Shown: positions 1 to 12,179 of the stretch, one piece after another | How positions within the stretch are numbered: position 1 is the stretch's first letter | Layout of the letters: each line of letters begins with the position of its first letter | NCBI GenBank assembly: GCA_030390025.1 | Contig: CM059432.1 | Location: forward strand, 1,054,001-1,118,000 | Source of the DNA: Squalus acanthias | Taxonomy: Eukaryota | Length of the DNA: 64,000 nt | Reading direction: 5' to 3' | The notes under the pieces: model-generated | Told to the model about the DNA's origin: nothing | Seen by the model: the letters and a program-made list of their open reading frames with translations, nothing else | The model's database searches: none | Translations under genes and position numbers: made by a program

Positions 1-984
1 TAAAGCAAATCATTCAAAGCAAATCTATTCAAAACACACCAGTGACATCTCTTGGCAGAAAAATGGTACTAAACTCCAACTATATCTTGCTGTCTTTTGG
101 TGCTGTATAATGTTTGAAGTTGCTTGTATAAATATCATTGTTAAGCACCAAAACCAACAACCTCAACCTGCACAAAATGTTATTGATATTTAGGTTGTGT
201 AGAGTGGATTTATATGTTATTAATGCGCCTTGGGAGGATTTTCTACATTAAAGGCGCTATATAAATGCAAGTTGTTGTTATTTCTTAATCCTCCGCCCTT
301 CCTAGACTTCAGCTCATCCAAAACTCAGTGTACCCAGACCCTCACTAAGTTCCACTCACCCATCACCCCTGGTGCATTTCACCCTCCCTTCACCCTACCA
401 TTGGCAGTCATGCTTTCAGCCGCCTAGGCCCTCTGCTCTGGAATTTCTTCCCGAAGCCGCTCCACCTGGCTCTCCTTTAAGATCTTCCTTAAAACCCACC
501 TCTTTGACCAAGCTTTTTGTCACCCCCGCCTATAAGAACATAAGAAATAGACGCAGGAGTCGGCCATTCAGCCCTTCGAGCCTGCTCGCCATTCAATAAG
601 ATCATGGGTGATCTTCGACCTCAACTCCACCTTCCTGCCCAATCCCCATATCCCTTGGTTCCCTTAGTATCCAAAAATCTATCGATCTCTGTCTTGAATA
701 TACTCAGCAACTGACCATCCACAGCACGCTGTGAAGTGTCTTGTGTTGGTTTTCTACATTAAAGGCACAATGCAGAGGCAATTGTTTGTTGATAATGGCT
801 GTATAAATCAAGAGTAATTGACCCGTAAAGCAGATGTTTCTAACTATTTGAACCTGGTCAGAGTTGAATAGAGTGGAATTTGGCACAGATACCTTTGTAG
901 GCCAAATCTTGCAGTCTGATCTTGGACTTTGGTGACCTCCTTTAGGAGAGTGAATGGATTGGTTATAATTTTTTTGAATTTATT

Positions 985-1685
985 CTTTCATGGGATGTGG
1001 GCGTCGCTGGCAAGGCCAGCATTTATTGCCCATCCCTAGTTGCCCTGGAGAAGGTGGTGGTGAGCCACCTTCTTGAACCGCTGCAGTCCGTGTGGTGATC
1101 GTACTTCCACAGTTAGGTAGGGAGTTCCAGGATTTTGACCCAGCGACGATGAAGTACCGGCGATATACTTCTAAGTCAGGATGGTGTGTGACTTGGAGGG
1201 GAACTTGGAGGTGGTGGTGTTCCCACGCGCCTGCTGCCCTTGTCCTTCTAGGTGGAAGAGGTCGCGGGTTTGGGAGGTGCTGCCGAAGAAGCCTTGGCGA
1301 GTTGCTGCAGTGCATCTTGTAGATGGTACACACTGCAGCCACGGTACGCCAGTGGTGGAGGGAGTGAATGTTTAAGGTGGTGGATGGGGTGCCAATCAAG
1401 CGGGCGAGCTTCTTGAGTGTTGTTGGAGCTGCGCTCATCCAGGCAAGTGGAGAGTATTCCATCACACTCCTTACTTGTGCCTTGTAGATGGTGGAAAGGC
1501 TTTGGGGAGTCAGGAGGTGAGACACTCACCGCAGAATACCTAGCCTCTGATCTGCTCTTGTTGCCACAGTATTTATGCGGCCGGTCCAATTAAGTTTCTG
1601 GTTAATGGTGACCCCCAGGATGTTGATAGTGGGGGATTCGGCAATGGAAATGCTGTTGAATGTCAAGGGGAGGGGATTAGACTAT
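985..1685 (-). mobile_element. Non-LTR retrotransposon 3' fragment (RT C-terminus; clade uncertain)
   Basis: ORF 980..1525 YKAQVRSVMEYSPLAWMSAAPTTLKK; tail GGGCAATAAATGCTGGCCTTGCCAGCGACGCCCACATCCC; similar copies at ~36063..36625(-), ~39970..40640(-), ~53972..54230(+). Confidence 0.8.
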
Positions 1686-1845
1686 TAACAAATGCAGTAA
1701 CATTGCTTTGGCTAATACTGTTCAAGTGAATAAGCATATTTAATAATACATTGCGGAGTAGTAGAATTCTTATTTGTGCAAGTGATTCTCCATATAGTGA
1801 AATCTCAGTCACAACAATTCCACTGCAGGAAAGCATGGAACATCT

Positions 1846-2157
1846 ACAACAACAACTTGCATTTATATAGCACCTTTAATGACGTAAAATGTCCCAAGGT
1901 GCCTCACAGGAGCGATATTCGGACAGGTAACCAAAAGCTTGGTCAAAGAGGTAGGTTTTAAGCAGCGTCATGAAGGAGGAGAGAGCGGTAGCTAGGCGGA
2001 GAGGTTTAGGGAGGGAGTTCCAGAGCTCGGGGCCCAGGCAGCTGAAGGCACGACCGGCAATGGTGGAGCGATGAAAATCAGGGATGCGCAAGAGGCCGGA
2101 ATTGGAGGAGCGCAGAGATCTCGGAGGGTTGTGCGGCTCGAGGAGGTTACAAGATAT
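1846..2157 (-). mobile_element. L2-type LINE 3' fragment
   Basis: GRAFSCLGPELWNSLP...LKTYLF peptide and GCTATATAAATGCAAGTTGTTGTT tail; related copies at ~221..530, 6350..6870, 23670..24150, 27752..28250, 34500..34975, 37262..37730, 41045..41395, 53450..53665, 55405..55980, 59290..59958, 62920..63310. Confidence 0.8.
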
Positions 2158-2341
2158 TTCCCCACAGTGAAGGAGGGAGGGATGGCAATTGGATGGTCAG
2201 TCAACTTGGAGCACTTAATAGTGGCCAAAGAACTTTTATAGAGATATTAGAAAGTGTCTCTTTTTATAGTGTGAATTAAGAGTCTTTAATATGGAGACAT
2301 GTAACATGAGACAGAAAGTCACGATCCAATTCTTTTCATAG

Positions 2342-2458
2342 AAAAAATACAATGAACTGGATGATAAGCAGACGGAAATCTCAAGTTTGCTTCGAATGGC
2401 TGATGTTACCCTCACTAATCTGAACAACATGCTCCGAATGTTGGATGAGAGTCAGGAG
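2342..2458 (+). CDS. LAMA3: Laminin alpha exon 1 in window (coiled coil)
   Basis: ttttcatag|...|gtaaga; 117 nt, phase 0/0; KKYNELDDKQTEISSLLRMADVTLTNLNNMLRMLDESQE. Confidence 0.85.
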
Positions 2459-2552
2459 GTAAGAGGAAGCGTTCTTCACCAGCACCTGTTCTTGATATAC
2501 CAAATAGTACTTCACGCTCTTACTCATATTTTCACATTTTTATATTAACCAG

Positions 2553-2707
2553 GATTACGAAAAACACGGAGCTGAGTTAGATGGAGCCTTATCGTCACTT
2601 GATGAAAGACTTCAAAAACTTGAGGATGCAACCAGCAAGGAACCCATTGTGGTTAGTGCTGAGAGACATGCCGAAAAGTTGGATCAGCTGTCAAAGCAGC
2701 TCCAGAG
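2553..2707 (+). CDS. LAMA3: Laminin alpha exon 2 (coiled coil)
   Basis: aaccag|...|gtgaga; 155 nt, phase 0/2; DYEKHGAELDGA...AERHAEKLDQLSKQLQ. Confidence 0.9.
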
Positions 2708-3124
2708 GTGAGAGGGACATGGGAATCGGGCGGGAAAGTGGAGTTGAGGTAGAAGATCAGCCATGATCTTATTGAATGGCAGAGCAGGCTCGAGGGGCTG
2801 AATGGCCGACTCCTGCTCCTAATTCTTATGTTCTTATGTAAGAGCACCTGCTGGTTGAAAAAGTATGCAACAAACACGGACTGGCACAACAAGTCCGTGA
2901 GTTGGTGTTGCTAACTACTACATCTTGGAGGAGAGAGACTGGATTGACTCCCACATTTTGCCTTCTCAAGCATGCTCCACCTCTCAGCTTGGGAAGATGC
3001 ATGCTTGGAGTGACAATAAGAAGGAGAAAATAACACAGCGCTGATTTTTTTCTAACCATTTCCCAGGTGCAAAGGTCAGGAAAAGGAAGGGTGAAGATCT
3101 GTGACACTAGCTCTCTGACCTCTT

Positions 3125-3562
3125 TGTCAGCCGTGGCTCAGTGGGTAGCACCCACGCCTCTGAGTCAGAAGGTTCAAGTCCCACTCCAGAGACCTGAGCA
3201 CATAATCTAGGCTAACATTTCAGCGTAGTACTGTGGGAGGGCTGCACTGTCGGAGGTGCCGTCTTTTGGATGAGACTTTAAACCAAGGCACTGTCTGCCC
3301 GTAAAAGATCCCGTGGCACTATTTCGAAGAAGAGCAGGGGAGTTATCTCCTGTATCCTGGCCAACATTTATCCCTCAACCAACATCACAAAAACAGTTTA
3401 TCTGGTCATTATCACATTGCTGTTTGTGGGACCTTGCTGTGCGCAAATTGGCTGCCACATTTCCTACATTACAACAGTGACTACACTTCAAAATTGTCTG
3501 CAAAGCGCTTTGGGACGTCCTGAGGTTGTGAACGGTGCTATATAAATGCAAGTCTTTTCTTT
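3125..3562 (+). mobile_element. tRNA-derived SINE with Deu-like core and L2-like tail
   Basis: A box GTGGCTCAGTGGG, B box GGTTCAAGTCC, core GCTGCACTGTCGGAGGTGCCGTCTTT(C)GGATGAGAC, tail GCTATATAAATGCAAGTCTTT; many copies in the window. Confidence 0.8.
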
Positions 3563-3802
3563 ACATTCCCCCGGGATTCACGGCAATAGGCACAGGCACA
3601 ATGCACTCATTTAAATGCGGGAGGCGGGGACTTATTGTCTCATTTTCCTGTGCCCAGACGTCAAGGTGCACCAGGATTAGAGGGTCTTGAGGGGACCCGG
3701 CAGCAAGGCCAAAGGGTACCTCACTTCTTCAGTTTCACCACAATGATGTTGGGGCATTGTCCAACAGCAGCCCCGAGACCCAAGGCCAATGGACAGGCCC
3801 AG

Positions 3803-4163
3803 CAGGGTTGCCAACTCTGGACGTACTCCTGGAGATAGCGTCACATGACCGTCCCACATCCAACCACCCCGCTTTCGCCATTGGTCCAGTCCTCACGGTA
3901 CATTGCCTTCCCACGGCCAATTGGAAAGCCAAGAGATTCTCCTTTACCTGATTGGATGCTTATTGACTGTCACTTAAACTGCGTTTTTCTCCTAACCTCC
4001 AATAATATTGTAACTAATTAATGGAAGTGATCAAAAGAAACTGGAAAAAAAACATTTTAATGCCCCAAATAACTTTTCTCCAGGTTGGTTGGAAGCAGTG
4101 TCCAGGAGGTTAATCTTTAATTCCTGGAGACTCCAGGGCAATCCTGGAGGGTTGGCGACCCTA
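3803..4163. mobile_element. hAT-type (Blackjack-like) non-autonomous DNA transposon
   Basis: TIRs CAGGGTTGCCAAC / GTTGGCGACCCTA; flanks aggcccag / aggcctgg (6/8 match, putative TSD). Confidence 0.6.
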
Positions 4164-5157
4164 AGGCCTGGGGCCATGTCCCTGTTCCCAGCACAACCCT
4201 GCCAACACCTCCCCTCATTTTGGCATTACTCTTGATTTATTTTTTAACCAACTTCTGGTCCAGTAATTCATTCTACGCTGGATTCCTGTGTCTTTTAGTT
4301 TAATTCGGAGTCTTTAATGTGGGACTTTGTCTATAAAAAAAACCCACTTTTTTGAAAGGCTGGGTCAACTGTAACATAGAGAGTTCCAAATCTAAGATGT
4401 TCTGATTGTCTGACAGTTTATAGAGTTCAGACCCGTGGAACAGACAACACAAAACCCAATGAATCTGTGAAACTTCTTTTACTTAAAAATCAACAAGAGA
4501 TTACAAGTAATTACCAGAATACAAACTGTACTCAATTCATGTACTTATCACAAGCAAACATCGAAAATCATTTATTTTAAGCTCAGGTGATTATAAGAAA
4601 AACCACATACGTACTAACACCAGATGAGAGGTCAACTCAACAATGACTAGACGTATGACTTTAACTGGCAACTGACCAGGTCGCCCTCGACTGCAGCCAT
4701 GAATGTCAGTGTCCAATATCACTTATACCCCAAAACTTGGCAACTCGCCCACAGCATTCGTGTCCCAAACTGTGTGATTAACGTTGTTTTTCTCTCTCTC
4801 CTTCTATCTGTTTTGACGCTAAGTTAACCAAGGCCAGACATTCAAGGGTTGGAGAGAGTCGTTGTTTTTACATTTGCAGGTTGTTGACTCGTGGTTCTCA
4901 CAGAATTTTCAAGATCTTATTTTTTGAAGGAAAAATACCAGCACATCATGTTTTAGCCAAGCAGTCTCTTGCCCTCAAAGCTTGTCGGTACATTTGGTCA
5001 CTTTTAGATTCAGTCAAGTTTACCATGGACAATATTACAGTAACTCATACCATTTAACTGTCCTAATTATCAATAATGTGTTTCGATGCGTTAATATTTA
5101 TGTAGAATTTTTTTTTAAAATTTTAACTTTGGTTTCAAATTGTTTACATTCTAACAG

Positions 5158-5299
5158 AGCAATAGAAAAAGAAAACCAGGATTCCTTAATCCAACGTGTT
5201 CTCAATGCCTCCGATGCCTATGAGAACATAATCAACGCAGTGAATGCAGCAGAGACAGCGGCCAAGAAAGCAGCGGATGCGGCAGATGATGCTTTGCAG
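5158..5299 (+). CDS. LAMA3: Laminin alpha exon 3 (coiled coil)
   Basis: ctaacag|...|gtaaac; 142 nt, phase 2/0; AIEKENQDSLIQRVLNASDAYENIINAVNAAETAAKKAADAADDALQ. Confidence 0.92.
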
Positions 5300-6921
5300 G
5301 TAAACGTCACACCAGCGGGGAAAGTGCAGTTGGTCAAATGCTGGGAGTGGGTGGATGGAAACATGCACTAAATTGTATAAATATATAGCTTTTAAATCAC
5401 TGGTTAGGCCTCAGCTGCAGTACTGCATCCTATTCTAGGCATCACACTTCAGGAAGGCCTTGGAGAAGGTGGAGAGTTCTTGGGGAGGATGTAGGGCTGG
5501 AGGAGGTGACAGCGCTGGGGCGGGGCGAGGCCATGGAAGGATTCAAAGCTGAGGATGAGAATTTAAAAATCGTGCTCTGGAATTTCTTTCCTAAAACTCT
5601 CCACCTCTTTCTCCTGCTTTAAGACCCTTCCTAAAACCTGCCTCTTTGACCAAGATTTTAGTCAGTTATGTGGAGAGACTAGCGAAGCTGGGATTGTTCT
5701 CCTTAGAGCAGAGACGGTTAAGGGGCAATTTAATTGGGGTGTTCCAAATTATGAAGCGTTTTGATAGAGTAAATAAGGAGAAACTGTTTCCACTGGCAGG
5801 AAGGTCGGTAACCAGAGGACACAGATTTAAGATAATTGGCAAAAAAGATGAGGAGAATTTTTTTTACACGGCGAGTTGTTGTGATCTGGAACGCGCTACC
5901 TGAAAGGGCGGTGGAAGCAGATTCAATAGTAACTTTCAAAAGGGGCTTGGATAAATACTTGAAAAGGATAAATTTGCAGGGCTACAGGGAAAGAGCAGGG
6001 GGGAGCAGGACTAATTGGAGAGCTCTTTCAAAGAGCCGGCACAGGCAACATGGGCCAATTGGCCTCCTTCTTTGCTGTATGATTCCAGTCACCCCTCCCA
6101 ATAGTCGTTCTTTGGCTCGGTGTCAATTTTTGTTTGATAACGCTCCTGTGAAGTGCCTTGAGACTTTGCCTACGTTAAAGACGCTCTATAAGTAGAAGTT
6201 GTTGCTATTGTTGTAAATGAAGATGACCCTGCACAGTCCACGAACGTAAATATGGCAGAATTCGGCCAAAATGGAAGATTCCATCTTCTGTGTATTCCAC
6301 CCTTTATAATGACAAAACAGTATGGAATTTTTCGTTAAGTTCTTGCAACAGCAACAACAACGTGCATTTATATAGCGCCTTTAATGTAGTAAAATGTCCC
6401 AAGGTGCTTCACACGAGCGATTATCGAAACAAAATTTGACACCAAGCCAGATAAGGAGATTTCAGGACAGATGACTAAAAGTTAGATCGAAGAGGTAGGT
6501 TTCAAGGAGCGTCTTAAATGAGGAAGAGAGGCAGAGAGACAGAGAGGTTTAGGGAGGGAATTCCAGAGCTTAGGCCTAGGCAGCTGGAGGCACAGCCACC
6601 AATGGTGGAGCGATTAAAATAGGGAATCCGCAGAATTGAAGGAGCGCAGAGATCTCGGAGGGTTGTAGGGCTGGAGGAAGTTACAGAGATAGAAAGGGAG
6701 GGGCAAGGCCATGGAGGGATTTGAGAACAAGGATGAGAATTTTAAAATCGAGGCATTGCCAGACCTGGAATCAGTGCAGGTCAGCGAGCACAGGCGTGAT
6801 TGGTGAACGGGACTTGGTGAGAGTTAGGACACGGGGCAGCAGAGTTTTGGATGAGCTCAAGTTTATGGAGAGTTTCAGCAGCAGATGCAGACTTATTGAC
6901 TGCTTTTTATTGTGTTTTTAG

Positions 6922-7024
6922 GCTGTGGTGAAGGAAGATTTGCCTGGACAAGCGTCTGATTTAAACACTAAAAGCGATAAAGTTCTTTCCATGACAAAAG
7001 ATGCTGAAAGGAAATTAGACACAG
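6922..7024 (+). CDS. LAMA3: Laminin alpha exon 4 (coiled coil)
   Basis: tttttag|...|gtggag; 103 nt, phase 0/1; AVVKEDLPGQASDLNTKSDKVLSMTKDAERKLDT. Confidence 0.88.
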
Positions 7025-7704
7025 GTGGAGTATTTACTTGAAGTTATTGTGAGTCCGTGGGGGACTGATGTTGCGACATTAAAGGAACAATCACAAAACG
7101 TTTCAAAAACGTAATGAAAAGATACAAAAAAATGTTGGAAATCTGAAATTAAAAGCTGGAAATGTATAACATTGTGGCCCATACCTGAAATTGATGTTTT
7201 TAAGAACATAAGAATTGGGAGCAGGAGTAGGCCATTCAGTAAGATCATGGCTGATCTTCTACCTCATCTCCACTTTCCTGCACTATCCCCATATCCCTTG
7301 ATTCCCTTAATATTCAAAAATCTATCGATCTCGGTCTTGAATTTACTCAACGACTGAGCATCCACAGCCCTCTGGGGTAGAGAATTCCAAAGATTCACCA
7401 CCCTCTGAGTGAAGAAATTCCTCCTCATCTCAGTGATAAATGGTCGACCCCTTATTCTGAGACTCTGACCCCTGGTTCTAGACTCCCCAGCCAGGGGAAA
7501 CATCCTCCCTGCATCTACCCTGTCAAGCCTTGTAAGAACTTTATATGCTTACAATTCCCATTACACGCACAGACACTGCTTCTGTAATCTGCGTGTTAAA
7601 AATGTCCCCATGACGAATAATTTTTGAAAATCGTTCACAGGATCTTTGTGACTGCTTGCAAGTATTTGCTTCTGCCCAAAAATGTAACTCTTGTCTTTTT
7701 GCAG

Positions 7705-7821
7705 ATGTTCATCCGAGACTCAGAGATGTGAAGAATCGCCTCAGCGACGCGACTAACAAGAAAAATCAATTGCTGCCAGATCTTCCATCACTTCGGAACA
7801 AACTTAAACAAATAAATAGAG
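7705..7821 (+). CDS. LAMA3: Laminin alpha exon 5 (coiled coil)
   Basis: ttttgcag|...|gtatgg; 117 nt, phase 1/1; DVHPRLRDVKNRLSDATNKKNQ...KQINR. Confidence 0.9.
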
Positions 7822-8337
7822 GTATGGATTCATATTTCGTATGTTACCTGGTCTACGTCGTAAGGACAGGAGGAGGCCATTCAGCCCTTGAGCCTGTCCC
7901 GCCATTCAGTTAGATCATGGCTGATCTGTATTTTAACTCCATCTACCCACTTTGGTTCCCTAACCCTTAATACCCCTACCCAACAAAAATCTTTCAATCT
8001 CAGTTTTGAAATTTTAAATTAACCCCCGGCCTCAACAGCTTTTTGGGGGAGAGAGTTCCAGATTTCCACTACCCTTTGTGTGAAGAAGTGCTTCCTGACA
8101 TCACCCCTGAACGGCCTGGCTCTAATTTGAGGGTTATGGCCCCTTGTTCTGGACTCCCCCCCCCCCCCCCCACCAGAGGAAATAGTTTCTCTCTCTCTAC
8201 CCTATCAAATCCTTTAATCATCTTAAACACCTCGATTAGATCACCCCTTAATTTTCTGCACTCGAGGGATGTGTCTTGTCATTATTACATCCTGTTGTTA
8301 CTAAAGTAATCATTTTCAATATGTTCTATTTTTCCAG

Positions 8338-8520
8338 ATGATATCGGTGAGGCTTTAGACCGAGCAAAAGATACTGCCGCTGGAGCAAATGACATGGCTA
8401 CTCGAGTGATGGACAAATTACAGCCAATAATGAATGATGTGAGAAACTTCAACAAGACATCAGACAATATTCCAAACATTGATGAATTTAACACAGCATT
8501 AAATGAAGCAGAAGAATCGG
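8338..8520 (+). CDS. LAMA3: Laminin alpha exon 6 (coiled coil)
   Basis: tttccag|...|gtgagt; 183 nt, phase 1/1; DDIGEALDRAKDTAAGAND...EFNTALNEAEES. Confidence 0.9.
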
Positions 8521-8889
8521 GTGAGTAAAATGGCATCCATTGGAGAGTAATGTAAACTCCCTCCCTGACAGTGGGGGGGAAAGAAAGGAAATGATCTGCT
8601 GTTCTTACCCATTCCGAGCCCACACATGCCTCCAGTCCCACACCAATGTGGGCTGACTCTTAACTGCCCTTTGAAGTGGCCCAGCAAGTCACTCAGTTGA
8701 ATTAAACCACTACAAAGAACACCACACAGACTGCAGATGTTCAAGAAAAAGGCCCTCCACCACCACCTCAGGGCAACTAGGGATGCGCAATAAATAACGG
8801 CCTTGCCAGCGAATGTCCATTCATTATAATATAGAGTGAACTGACATATAATATGCGTCCTTTGAAAATGCTATTTACAGTAATGTAAG

Positions 8890-9470
8890 AAAGCAAGGAA
8901 GTTATGATGAACCTTTATAAAACACTGGTTAGGCCTCAGTATTGTGTCCAATTCTGGGCAACGCACTTTAAGAAGGATGTCACGGCCTTGGAGAGGGGGC
9001 AGAGGAGATTTACTAGAATGGTACCAGGGATGAGGGACTTCAGTTATGTAGAGAGACTGGAGAAGCTGGGGTTGTTCTCCTTCGAGCAATTAAGGGGAGA
9101 TTTAATAGAGGCATTCAAAATTATGAAGGGTTTTGATAGAGTAAATAAGGAGAAATTCTTCCCACTTGTAGAAATGTCAGTAACCAGAGGACACAGATTT
9201 AAGGTAATTGGCAAAGGAACCAGAGGGAGGAGATGAGGAGAAATTTTTTAACGCAGCGAGTTATGATCTGGAATGCGCTGCCTGAAAGGGCGGGGGAAGC
9301 AGATTCAGTAATAACTTTCAAAAGGGGATTGGATAAATACTTAAAGGGGAGAACAATTTGCAGGGCTATGGGGAAAGAGCAGGGGGACTGGGACTAATTG
9401 GAGAGCTCTATCAAAGAGCCGGCACAGGCACGATGGGCCGAATGGCCGCCTTTTGTGCACTATGATTCTG
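8890..9470 (+). mobile_element. CR1 LINE 3' fragment
   Basis: LYKTLVRPQYCVQFW...RFTRM...TRGH peptide; other CR1 3' fragments at ~533..727, 5665..6085, 7203..7545, 7862..8270, 10960..11560, 21075..21370, 25235..25675, 27000..27470, 29760..30790, 35125..35705, 43316..43753, 51961..52305, 56215..56860, 62555..62920. Confidence 0.85.
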
Positions 9471-9554
9471 AACACTAATATGATATTTTCATCAGCTAGG
9501 CTAACAGGTGTTTGCAATAACAATTGAACTTTGGTTATTTCTTCTCTTTCACAG

Positions 9555-9694
9555 TAAGAAATTTGACTGATACCCTACCGGGCCTTGTCCAGAAGCTAAA
9601 GGATTTAAGCCAAATCCAACCTGTCAATAACATCTCCAAAAATATAGACCGAATCAGAGAGCTCATTGATCAGGCCAGGGAAGCTGCAAATAAG
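9555..9694 (+). CDS. LAMA3: Laminin alpha exon 7 (end of coiled coil)
   Basis: ttcacag|...|gtttgt; 140 nt, phase 1/0; VRNLTDTLPGLVQKL...NIDRIRELIDQAREAANK. Confidence 0.93.
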
Positions 9695-9758
9695 GTTTGT
9701 TTTTAAAACATTTTTAGCAACGTCAAAGACTTGTGGATTAAAATCTAGGGGATTGGAT

Positions 9759-9892
9759 CAATGTTCCCTGTAATTTTTTTTTGACCCTGCGGGCCATTGA
9801 AAGTACCGCACGTGCGCGGTTATTACGTTGAAAAGCCGGCTGTGCGGGTTCTCTGGAGCGTTGCGCAGCTGCGTAGCTTAAAGTGAACATTG
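9759..9892. mobile_element. hAT-type MITE, ~140-bp family
   Basis: TIRs CAATGTTCCC / GTGAACATTG; 8-bp TSD gattggat / gattgaat. Confidence 0.7.
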
Positions 9893-10368
9893 GATTGAAT
9901 ACTTATTTGAATTACTTTACATATTAACTAAACTGGTGCTTTCTGTATTATAGAAAGCACCCAAATGTGTGAAGTTAATTTTTTTTTAAATCACCGTTGG
10001 CAACATAGGAACAGGAGGAGGCCATTCAGCCCCTCCAGCCTGTTCCGCTATTCAATTAGATCATGGCTGATCTGTATCTTAACTCCATCTACCCGCCTTG
10101 GTTCCGTAATCCTGCTCTCTCAGGTTGACGGAAAAGATCCCTGGGGACTATTTCGAAGAAGAGCAGGGGAGTTCTCCCCAGTGTCCTGGCCAATATTTGT
10201 CCCTCAACCAACATCACGAGAATGACTCCACTTCAAAAGTACTTCATTGGCTGTAAAGCGCTTTTGGATGTCCTGAGGTCATGAAAGGTGTGATATAAAT
10301 GCAAAGTTCTAGCTTTATTTTATTGAATAATTTTCGAAAACTTTTCTCTTTTCCCTCTGTGGTTGTAG

Positions 10369-10566
10369 ATAAATGTGGCAATGAAATTCAACGGTGATTC
10401 TGGTGTAGAAGTGCGTCTTCCTGACAGTCTAGACCCCTTAAAAGCTTACTCATCTCTACTGTTGTACCTGAAACGGCCAGATAAGGAACCATCCCGAGGA
10501 GACAATATCAGAGGGAAGCGACAGGATTCCAAAAACATGTTTGTTTTCTATCTAGGCAACAAGGAT
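10369..10566 (+). CDS. LAMA3: Laminin alpha exon 8 (LG1 start)
   Basis: ttgtag|...|gtaagt; 198 nt, phase 0/0; INVAMKFNGDSGVEVRLP...NMFVFYLGNKD. Confidence 0.94.
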
Positions 10567-10675
10567 GTAAGTATTCTTCATCCCTTGGTTAAAGGGACGT
10601 GGGCAAGTTACAAGGAGCAAAATGACTAAGTATGCCATCTTACATGTTGTACAAATTATTTCCCTTTGGTACCAG

Positions 10676-10812
10676 ACTTCTAAGGATTACATGGGCATGG
10701 CATTGGAAGATGAGAAGCTGGTTACTGTCTACAAACTAGGAAATCAAGAAGTGAGAATAGCTTCTGACAAACCAGTCAGCACCAAACATTTTGACAATGT
10801 CAAATTCGAGAG
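10676..10812 (+). CDS. LAMA3: Laminin alpha exon 9 (LG1)
   Basis: taccag|...|gtaatg; 137 nt, phase 0/2; TSKDYMGMALEDEKLVTVYKLG...FDNVKFE. Confidence 0.93.
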
Positions 10813-11958
10813 GTAATGCATGGTCTTAACTTATTTCAATTTCTTGTAAAGTTGCTGTTTGTTGCAAATCTGTTCTTTTGTTCTACACACTGTGTAAACA
10901 TATCTGTATAGAGTGCACAAGCAACTTTTCTGCCAGGCAACAAATAAGTGTTTACACAAAGGAACAGGAGGAGGCCATTCAGCTCTCAAGCCTGTTCCTC
11001 CATTCAATTAGATCGTGGTTGATCCGTATCTTAACTCCATCTACCCTCCTTGGTTCCATAACCCTTAATACCCTTACCTAACAAAAATCTATCAATCCCA
11101 GTTTTGGAATTTTCAACTGACCCCGGCCTCAACAGCTTTTTGGGGGAGAGAGTTCCAGATTTTCACTCCCCTTTGTGTGAAGAAGTGCTTCCTGACATCA
11201 CCCCTGAATGGGCTAGCTCTAATTTTAAGGTTATGCCCCCTTGTTCTGGACTCCCCCCACCAGAGGAAATAGTCTCTATCTACCCAATCAAATCCTTTAA
11301 TCATCTTAAACACCTCAATTAGATCACCCCTTAATCTTCTATACTCAAGGCTAGTCCTGTCCTTATAATTTAATGCTTTTAGCCACGGTATCATTTTGGT
11401 GAATCTGCGCTGCACCCCCTCCAAGGCCAGTATATCCTTCCTGAGGTGAGGTGCCCAGAACTGAACCCAGTGCTCCAGTCAGGGTCTAGCCAGAGCTTTA
11501 TACAACTGTAGCATAACTTTGTATTGCAGCCCCCCCCGCTTGATATAAAGGCCAACATTCCAAAGGGTATCCAACCTGCAGCCTTAAGATCATATGCAAC
11601 CCAGCCTTCAAAGCCCAGACAATTTAGCCCTGTGTGCACTTATATTATTTTGTTGGACCTGGAAGTTTGGAAAGGGCTGTTGCCTCTTTGATGAGTAAAT
11701 CTTCAAACAGATCAACAAGATATTTTGGGTAATATGCAGATTAATGGGGACGTGGACTTAAACTTTATACTTGGCGATCGAGGCTCCATGATACATATCT
11801 TTGGCAGCACACTATGACAAAAGCTTGGATAGCTCTGGTTTACACCACAACCCCTATAAAAGTCTCTGCAAATATGTCACTTGTGCAGCCGAGTCTACTG
11901 GAAATGTGTAATTTCCTCATATGAAGTCCTGTGTTTCATGGAAACTCTTCTGTTCTAG

Positions 11959-12124
11959 GATCCTGCAGTACAGCCTCTTAAACTACAGTCGAGTCAATCT
12001 CGGCAGTGGTAAACTAGATGAAAGCATCCCGTACAGAAAAACCGCAAGTGGAGATGACCTGCTACTTAATCTTGATCGAAAGGATACTGTCTTCTATGTT
12101 GGAGGGTTTCCCACAGCTTTTACG
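11959..12124 (+). CDS. LAMA3: Laminin alpha exon 10 (LG1)
   Basis: gttctag|...|gtaaaa; 166 nt, phase 2/0; RILQYSLLNYS...LLLNLDRKDTVFYVGGFPTAFT. Confidence 0.93.
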
Positions 12125-12179
12125 GTAAAAATCAACTATTGTGCTATCTTTATTTAAGGATTCTGTACAATAAACTTTA

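Noticed and set aside
4370..4800. Possible solo LTR starting TGTAAC (similar impression at ~22030..22700)
   Set aside because: Could not identify a matching CA end, TSD, primer-binding site or second LTR.
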